Assembly (NCBI GenBank): GCA_963727625.1 | Contig: CAVSHR010000004.1 | Location: forward strand, 672,001-736,000 | Reading direction: 5' to 3' | Origin: an uncultured delta proteobacterium | GTDB taxonomy: Bacteria > Desulfobacterota > Binatia > UBA9968 | Length of the DNA: 64,000 nt | Part shown: positions 58,076-64,000 of the stretch, one piece after another | Numbering within the stretch: position 1 is the stretch's first letter | How the letters are laid out: every line of letters starts with the position of its first letter | Position numbers and translations under genes: made by a program | The notes under the pieces: model-generated | Told to the model about the DNA's origin: nothing | The model's input: only the letters and a program-made list of their open reading frames with translations | The model's database searches: none

Positions 58076-58870
58076 ATGAATACGAGATTGACAGCGGAAC
58101 AGATCGAGCGTTATAGCCGGCAAATTATGGTGCCGGACATCGGCGGCAAGGGACAAATCCACTTGCGCCAGTCCCGGGTGCTGGTCATCGGCGCCGGCGG
58201 GCTCGGTTCGCCGGCGGCTTTCTATTTGGCGGCCGCCGGCATCGGCACTCTCGGCATCGTTGACCCGGACAAAGTGGAACTGTCCAATCTCCAGCGCCAG
58301 ATTTTGCACAGGAGCGCCGACATCGGCCGGCCGAAAGTGGAATCGGCCAAGGACAAATTGAGCGATCTCAACCCCGAGGTAGAAATCAGGACATACCCCG
58401 TGCGCTTCGATGAAGACAACGGCGCCGGGATCGCCGCCGATTACCACTTCATCGTCGACGGCAGCGATAATTTCGAGACAAAATTTCTAGTGAACGACAT
58501 GGCGCTGCGCCTCGGCATCCCCTTCTCCCACGCCGGTATTGTCCGCCTTCAAGGGCAAACCATGACCGTGCTACCGGGAAAAACCGCCTGTTACCGTTGC
58601 CTGTTCGTAGCGCCGCCGCCGCCGGAAGAAATTTTAAATTGCCAACAGTCCGGCATCCTCGGCGCGGTCGCCGGGACACTGGGCACGATCCAGGCCACCG
58701 AAGCGGTCAAATATCTCGCTGGTTTCGAAGAAGGGCTGATCACCGACCGGCTGCTGACCTACGACGCCAAGATGATGAAATTCTACAGCGTCGAGATCAC
58801 TCGAAATCCCCAGTGCGCCGCCTGCGGCGCGGCCGGCTCCGCGAAACCGATTCTATCCGCCACCATTTGA
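58076..58870 (+). CDS. moeB: MoeB/ThiF family sulfur-carrier adenylyltransferase (no rhodanese domain)
   Basis: ERYSRQI, GAGGLGSP, SNLQRQ, DGSDNF, CYRC, CAAC. Confidence 0.92.
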   Translation: MNTRLTAEQIERYSRQIMVPDIGGKGQIHLRQSRVLVIGAGGLGSPAAFYLAAAGIGTLGIVDPDKVELSNLQRQILHRSADIGRPKVESAKDKLSDLNPEVEIRTYPVRFDEDNGAGIAADYHFIVDGSDNFETKFLVNDMALRLGIPFSHAGIVRLQGQTMTVLPGKTACYRCLFVAPPPPEEILNCQQSGILGAVAGTLGTIQATEAVKYLAGFEEGLITDRLLTYDAKMMKFYSVEITRNPQCAACGAAGSAKPILSATI

Positions 58871-58901
58871 AACCAACGGATAAGTCAAGAAAGGACCCCA
58901 A

Positions 58902-60164
58902 ATGAGTTTTGTCAAAGGACTTCAGTGCCGAGAGTGCGGCCAGGAATATCCTAATGCTCCCCTGCATGTCTGTGAGACTTGCTTCGGCCCGCTGGAGATC
59001 CGCTACGATTACGCAGGCATTAAAAAGGCCATCAGTCGGGAAAAAATTGCCGCCCGCGAGCGCAACCTGTGGCGCTACCGCGAGCTCTTGCCCATCGACG
59101 GCGAGCCGAGCGTCGGTTTGTATTCCGGATTTACGCCGCTGGTGCGCGCGAACCGCTTGGGCGAAGCCTTCGGCGTAAAGGAACTCTATCTGAAGGATGA
59201 CTCGGTAAATCACCCGAGTTTTTCCTACAAGGATCGGGTGGTGTCGGTCGCTATTTCAAAGGCGATCGAATTCGGTTTCGATACGGTTTCCTGCGCGTCC
59301 ACCGGCAACCTGGCAAATTCCGTGGCCGCTCACGCCGCCAAGGCCGGGCTCGATTGCTACGTCTTTATTCCCGAGGGACTCGAGCAAGGCAAGATCATCG
59401 GTTCCGCCATCTACGGGCCCAAAACCATCGCTATCAAAGGCAACTACGACGACGTCAACCGGTTGTGCAGCGAAATAGGTGACAAATACGGCTGGGCTTT
59501 TGTCAATGTCAACTTGCGGCCTTATTACGCCGAAGGCGCCAAGACCCATGGGTTCGAAATCGTCGAGCAATTGGGCTGGAAGCTGCCGCAGCATATCGTC
59601 GTCGCCTCGGCGGGCGGCACGATACTGCCAAAGCTGGCCAAGGGATTCAAAGAAATGATCCAAGTCGGTTTGGTTGAAGACACCCGCTGCAGAATTTACT
59701 CGGCGCAAGCGGCCGGCTGCGCGCCGATCATCAACGCGCTCCACAAAGGCACCGACTTGATCAGTCCAGTGAAGCCCAACACCATCGCCAGCTCGATTGC
59801 CATCGGCAATCCCGCCGACGGCTACTACGTGATTCAAGCGGTTCATGAGTCTGGCGGCTGGGGTGAAAGCGTCACGGACGAAGAAATCCTCGAAGGGATC
59901 AAGCTGCTTGCCCGCACCGAGGGAATTTTCACCGAACCGGCCGGCGGTACCGAAGTAGCCGTCGCAAAGAAGTTGATCGCCAGCGGGCGCATTCCGCGCG
60001 ACGAATCGATCGTCGTGAGCATCACCGGGAACGGCTACAAAACCTTGGAAGCGGTGGCGCACAGTGTCGATAAGCCCTACACGATCGACGCCACGCTGCA
60101 AAGGTTTGACGAATTGTATAGCGCACTGGCGCCGAAGGCATCGATGCACGCGGCGGCCGGATAA
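58902..60164 (+). CDS. thrC: Threonine synthase-family PLP enzyme (possibly O-phosphohomoserine sulfhydrylase)
   Basis: N-terminal CxxC..CxxC, NHPSFSYKDR, CASTGNLA, SIAIGNPADG, ITGNGYKT. Confidence 0.85.
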   Translation: MSFVKGLQCRECGQEYPNAPLHVCETCFGPLEIRYDYAGIKKAISREKIAARERNLWRYRELLPIDGEPSVGLYSGFTPLVRANRLGEAFGVKELYLKDDSVNHPSFSYKDRVVSVAISKAIEFGFDTVSCASTGNLANSVAAHAAKAGLDCYVFIPEGLEQGKIIGSAIYGPKTIAIKGNYDDVNRLCSEIGDKYGWAFVNVNLRPYYAEGAKTHGFEIVEQLGWKLPQHIVVASAGGTILPKLAKGFKEMIQVGLVEDTRCRIYSAQAAGCAPIINALHKGTDLISPVKPNTIASSIAIGNPADGYYVIQAVHESGGWGESVTDEEILEGIKLLARTEGIFTEPAGGTEVAVAKKLIASGRIPRDESIVVSITGNGYKTLEAVAHSVDKPYTIDATLQRFDELYSALAPKASMHAAAG

Positions 60165-60284
60165 AACGCCGGCAAGATTTTGCGGCTTGACGATGGTGTC
60201 GCTGATCGACCTTGCATGGCATTGAGCGACGGACTATCCTAGGACGAACTAAACATTTCGCTAATTTCTTGAGGAGGATTGGTT

Positions 60285-60569
60285 ATGTCGGTGCGAGTAC
60301 GCGTTCCCACCCCGCTGCGCAAATTCACGCAAGGCGCCGATGAGGTCAGCGCTCAAGGGAGCAACGTCAAGGCCATCGTAGACGACTTGGAAAAGAGCTA
60401 CCCAGGCATCAAGGAACGGATCTGCGATGAGACCGGCAAGGTCCGGCGTTTCGTCAACGTGTATGTCAACGGCGACGACATCCGCTTTCTGCAAAACTTG
60501 GAAACCGCGCTCAAGGAAGGGGACAACATTTCCATCGTGCCTGCGATCGCAGGCGGCACGCATCGATAA
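60285..60569 (+). CDS. MoaD/ThiS/CysO-like ubiquitin-fold sulfur carrier
   Basis: VRVPTPLR, RRFVNVYVNGDDIRFL, SIVPAIAGG followed by THR; GAGGAGG RBS. Confidence 0.93.
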   Translation: MSVRVRVPTPLRKFTQGADEVSAQGSNVKAIVDDLEKSYPGIKERICDETGKVRRFVNVYVNGDDIRFLQNLETALKEGDNISIVPAIAGGTHR

Positions 60570-60582
60570 CCGAAATTTTGCG

Positions 60583-61584
60583 ATGGCCTCAACTTCGCTC
60601 AATTTGCGATTAGTGCCGTCCCCGCGTGGGGAGCTCCAAAAGGCCGAATCGGCTCTCGATCTCATCGGTAATACCCCGCTGATCGAGATCCAAAAGATCA
60701 CCGCGGGGCTTTCGCCGCGGGTTAAGATTTACGCCAAACTGGAAGGCATGAATCCCGGCGGCTCGGTCAAGGACCGCCCGGCTTGGCGAATGGTGCAGGA
60801 AGGGCTTCGTAGCGGCAAGCTCCGTCCCGGCAAGACGATTCTCGACTCCACATCGGGCAATACCGGCATCGCGCTGGCGATGATTGGCAGCATTTTGGGC
60901 TATCCCGTTGAATTGGTCATGCCCGGCAACGTCAGCGTCGAGCGCAAACAAATCATCACCGCCTATGGCGCCAAGGTCACTTACAGCGATCCGATGGAAG
61001 GCTCGGACGGAGCGATTTTGGAGTGCCGAAAAATTCTTCAAGCCGACCCGGAAATATATTTCAAGCCGGACCAGTATTTTAACCCGATGAATCCCCAGGC
61101 CCACTATGAAAACACCGGGCCGGAAATCTTTCGGCAAACCAACGGCGCGGTGACCCACTTCGTCGCCGGCATCGGCACCAGCGGAACAGTGATGGGAACC
61201 GGGCGTTACTTAAAGGAGGTCAATCCAAATATTCAAATCGTCGCCGTCGAGCCGGACGAAGCGCTGCACGGGCTCGAGGGACTGAAGCACATGGAGAGTT
61301 CCATCGTGCCGGGAATTTATCATGAAGAAGAGCTCGATGACAAAATTTCGGTCTCCACCGAAGACGCCTATTCGATGGTGTATCGTCTGAGCCAGGAAGA
61401 GGGCGTGCTGGTCGGACAGTCCTCCGGCGCGGCGCTGTTCGCGGCAATAAAGCTCGCCAGGAGGCTCCGCGCCGGCACTATTGTCGCTATCTTTCCCGAC
61501 TTCGGCGATAAATACCTGACGACCAATTTGTGGATAGGATGGCGCGATCGGATCTCGGTGGGCAACCTGGAGTTTTCGATCTGA
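60583..61584 (+). CDS. cysM: Cysteine synthase B / O-phosphoserine sulfhydrylase family
   Basis: IGNTPL, NPGGSVKDR, TSGNTGIALA, GIGTSGT, GQSSGA, PDFGDKYL. Confidence 0.9.
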   Translation: MASTSLNLRLVPSPRGELQKAESALDLIGNTPLIEIQKITAGLSPRVKIYAKLEGMNPGGSVKDRPAWRMVQEGLRSGKLRPGKTILDSTSGNTGIALAMIGSILGYPVELVMPGNVSVERKQIITAYGAKVTYSDPMEGSDGAILECRKILQADPEIYFKPDQYFNPMNPQAHYENTGPEIFRQTNGAVTHFVAGIGTSGTVMGTGRYLKEVNPNIQIVAVEPDEALHGLEGLKHMESSIVPGIYHEEELDDKISVSTEDAYSMVYRLSQEEGVLVGQSSGAALFAAIKLARRLRAGTIVAIFPDFGDKYLTTNLWIGWRDRISVGNLEFSI

Positions 61585-61587
61585 ACG

Positions 61588-61854
61588 ATGATGGCAACAA
61601 AAGCGAAACAAGAAAATGTCCGCGAACGATTTTATCTCACCTTTCCACGCGACCTGATTAGGGAACCGGTCCTGAGTATGTTGTCGAAACGCTTCGATGT
61701 CATGTTCAATATTCGCGGCTCCACCGTCACCTCCGAGATGGGCTTGGTCGCCCTCGAACTCGACGGCAAGGAAAGCGAAGTGGTAAAGGCGATCGGCTGG
61801 CTAAAGTCGAAGGGCGTGGCGGTGGAACCGATCGAAAAGAACGTAATCGAGTAG
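61588..61854 (+). CDS. Stand-alone NIL-domain protein
   Basis: LTFP...EPVL...FDVMFNIRG.TV...G.VALELDG...GVAVEPIE. Confidence 0.82.
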   Translation: MMATKAKQENVRERFYLTFPRDLIREPVLSMLSKRFDVMFNIRGSTVTSEMGLVALELDGKESEVVKAIGWLKSKGVAVEPIEKNVIE

Positions 61855-61863
61855 AAACCGGCG

Positions 61864-62331
61864 CTATTGCGCCGAGGCGGAGATCGACAGCACCAAAGCG
61901 CCGCCTTCATGCGGCGGTCCCCCCAGTAAAAAATTACCTCGATTAGGAATACGCACCGTTGTATCGATCAAGGGCTTCTGACCCTGGGTCAAACGCACCT
62001 TAAGCGAAATTTGGTTATCCCGAAGGTCCTGTGGCGTTACGGTTAGAAAACGTCCACCAGGAATCTCGAAGGCTTTATCGCCCTGCCACGGCACGGTTTG
62101 GCTTTCGTTTTTCAATAAACGATACGAGCGGTACTTGAGCACGCGCAGCTGGCTTTCCAACCCTTTCAACTGAGCATCGAATTTATCGCTTTTGTTGCTG
62201 GCCAATATCGTTCCTATGCTGACTTGAACAGATTGCGGTTGCCTTTCCGCCGCTCCGAGCACGCCGGCAGCGACGGCTGACAGCAGGCTAAAAAGCAGGA
62301 CCCGACTGAGTAGGTTCTTCAGCAGCTTCAT
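61864..62331 (-). CDS. Exported hypothetical protein, third gene of the ECF operon
   Basis: Signal peptide MKLLKNLLSRVLLFSLLSAVAA; overlaps the anti-sigma 3' end by 44 nt. Confidence 0.65.
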   Translation of the reverse strand: MKLLKNLLSRVLLFSLLSAVAAGVLGAAERQPQSVQVSIGTILASNKSDKFDAQLKGLESQLRVLKYRSYRLLKNESQTVPWQGDKAFEIPGGRFLTVTPQDLRDNQISLKVRLTQGQKPLIDTTVRIPNRGNFLLGGPPHEGGALVLSISASAQ

Positions 62332-62830
62332 TCTCACCTTCTTGATTTTGGTACAACCAGATGACCGTTGTTTTGGTGTCGTCTTCGCGCAACAGCGCAA
62401 CGCTGCGACCGTGGGCGTCGATCGAGTCCACCGAAGCAAAATTATTGCGCGCGCTGCCGCCGCGCCAACCGGCAAAATAGGAACTGGCCGAAACCACGAT
62501 GAGCACGAGCGCAATTGCCGCCGGCACCGCCCACGCGACTCTCAATGGGCTAAAAAAGCTACCCGCCCAATCCTGAAACTCCATGTACCACGGCCGTTTT
62601 TCTTCGATGCGCCGCTCCACGGCGCGCCAGAAAGGCATAAACTCGAGTTTACGGGTGTCCGAAGTAAGCACGCCATGCAGAGCCAGGGTCATTCTCTCCA
62701 ATCGCAGCTGCGCGGCATGGCACTCGGCGCAACTCGCTACATGAACGCGTACCCAGTCGCTGTCGCTTGAACTCAACTCGCGGTCAAGCCAACCGCCGAG
62801 GGACTCCTGAATTCGTTCGCAATCCTTCAT
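62288..62830 (-). CDS. Zinc-finger (zf-HC2/ZAS) anti-sigma factor
   Basis: MKDCERI...HVASCAEC (HxxxCxxC), followed by a TM segment. Confidence 0.88.
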   Translation of the reverse strand: MKDCERIQESLGGWLDRELSSSDSDWVRVHVASCAECHAAQLRLERMTLALHGVLTSDTRKLEFMPFWRAVERRIEEKRPWYMEFQDWAGSFFSPLRVAWAVPAAIALVLIVVSASSYFAGWRGGSARNNFASVDSIDAHGRSVALLREDDTKTTVIWLYQNQEGENEAAEEPTQSGPAF

Positions 62831-63381
62831 AAAAAAGATCTCAACTTATCCTGCAATTTTTTTCTCGCGTAATGGAGCCGGCTCATCACGGTCCCCTCTG
62901 AGCAGCCGAGGATTTCGCCAATATCCTTGTAGGAAAGTCCTTCGATCGTTCTGAGCACGATGACGGCTTTATGCTCCGGTGTCAAACTACTGATCGCTTG
63001 AATAAGCTTTTCGCGCAACTCCCTATCATGGGCATCGGCGAACGGATCCCGCGCCACTTCGTCCTGCGATTCCAATACACCGTCCATGTTTTCCCGAAAA
63101 TCCAAGGGATTTCTCTTTTGCCGGCGCTGGGCGTCGATCGCGAGATTGACCGCAATCCGATAAATCCAAGTGTAAAAAGACGAACCGCCTTGGAAACCGC
63201 CAATCTTTCGATAAGCTCGAAAGAACGTTTCTTGCGCCACTTCGAGCGCATCGTCGCGATTGGGCAGCAATCCCAAGATCACCGTGAAAACCTTTTGATG
63301 ATATCGGGAGACGAGATCCTGGAATGCGCTCATTTCCCCGGCTTGACACTTCTGAACCAGCTCCCAGTCAGTCAAATCCAC
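62827..63381 (-). CDS. rpoE: ECF RNA polymerase sigma factor (RpoE-like)
   Basis: DALEVAQETF, SSFYTWIYRIAVN, EGLSYKDIGEILGCSEGTVMSRLHYAR. Confidence 0.92.
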   Translation of the reverse strand: MDLTDWELVQKCQAGEMSAFQDLVSRYHQKVFTVILGLLPNRDDALEVAQETFFRAYRKIGGFQGGSSFYTWIYRIAVNLAIDAQRRQKRNPLDFRENMDGVLESQDEVARDPFADAHDRELREKLIQAISSLTPEHKAVIVLRTIEGLSYKDIGEILGCSEGTVMSRLHYARKKLQDKLRSFL

Positions 63382-63395
63382 GATGATCCTGCCTT

Positions 63396-63423
63396 TTAGA
63401 CGCGGTCCAGAATAATTTATTCA
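63396..63423 (-). promoter_or_regulatory. Possible ECF autoregulatory promoter
   Basis: Minus strand TGAAT-17 nt-GTCTAA just upstream of the sigma GTG. Confidence 0.35.
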
Positions 63424-63540
63424 GACCGCAAAGGGACTTAATAGCACAAAACCTTGAACTTTTCGTGAATTCATCTAAAATCCTTTTGATTCTTTTAGAC
63501 TTTTTCCCGAAACGGCCCATCTCAAACAAGAGGATAGTTT

Positions 63541-64000
63541 ATGCTGGTTCGATGCCCAAGATGCCGGACGACCTACAAAGTTTCCGACGAAGTGTTAAAG
63601 GGCAGCACCCCGTCTTTCCGATGTTCAAGGTGCAAACATACTTTTGAGCTGGAAGTTCGCAGCGCCGGGAGTACGTCGGTCGGGGCTGAGCCTGCCGGCG
63701 TTGCCACGGTGGATTCGCCGGAGAAAGACCAAGAGCTGAGTCTTCCTTTTGAGCCCAAAGCAGCTAAACCAGACGCATCCGAATCCGACAAAATGACCTC
63801 CGCAGACGCTCAACCCGACAAATCCGCAACCCAACACGACATAGACAGCGACCAGTGGTCCATGAACGAACCCGGCCGGGACGATGACCATGCCTTCGTA
63901 ATGCCCGAAAGCAATCATCCGATGGAACCGGGAAAAGTGCTCGATGCCCCGCGAAATTTTCCCGACGAGGATGCTTTTTTTCCCAATGCCATGGTCGACG
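63541..64000 (+). CDS. MJ0042-type zinc-ribbon domain protein (often DUF3426-associated), partial
   Basis: MLVRCPRCRTTYKVSDEVL....FRCSRCKHTF; the frame stays open to the window end; GAGGA RBS. Confidence 0.85.
   Translation, partial: MLVRCPRCRTTYKVSDEVLKGSTPSFRCSRCKHTFELEVRSAGSTSVGAEPAGVATVDSPEKDQELSLPFEPKAAKPDASESDKMTSADAQPDKSATQHDIDSDQWSMNEPGRDDDHAFVMPESNHPMEPGKVLDAPRNFPDEDAFFPNAMVD

Overview
A gene-dense, GC-rich bacterial chromosome segment. The many amidohydrolase_2, ABC substrate-binding, SDR, CoA-transferase and PrpD paralogues suggest a Candidatus Binatia/Deltaproteobacteria-like organism (inference only). Most genes encode transport and catabolism, and I found no rRNA, tRNA, CRISPR array or intact prophage. 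The main signals not explained by the ORF track are: (1) two AhpC/TSA peroxiredoxin-like genes split by an in-frame TGA in a FYRGxW-U-xx-C motif, each followed after exactly 11 nt by a SECIS-like hairpin, i.e. two probable selenoproteins; (2) a SAM-I riboswitch with terminator heading a moeB / thrC-like / sulfur-carrier / cysM / NIL operon, which suggests sulfur-carrier-dependent homocysteine and cysteine synthesis; (3) several families of short intergenic inverted-repeat elements (GTTCAA 7-9-mers, CGCAAAG-type units, a GTCAT-type REP); (4) an internally deleted IS30 element truncating an ABC binding-protein gene; (5) a local cluster of indels at about 17.1-17.9 kb; (6) two heme-oxygenase-like diiron oxidase genes.
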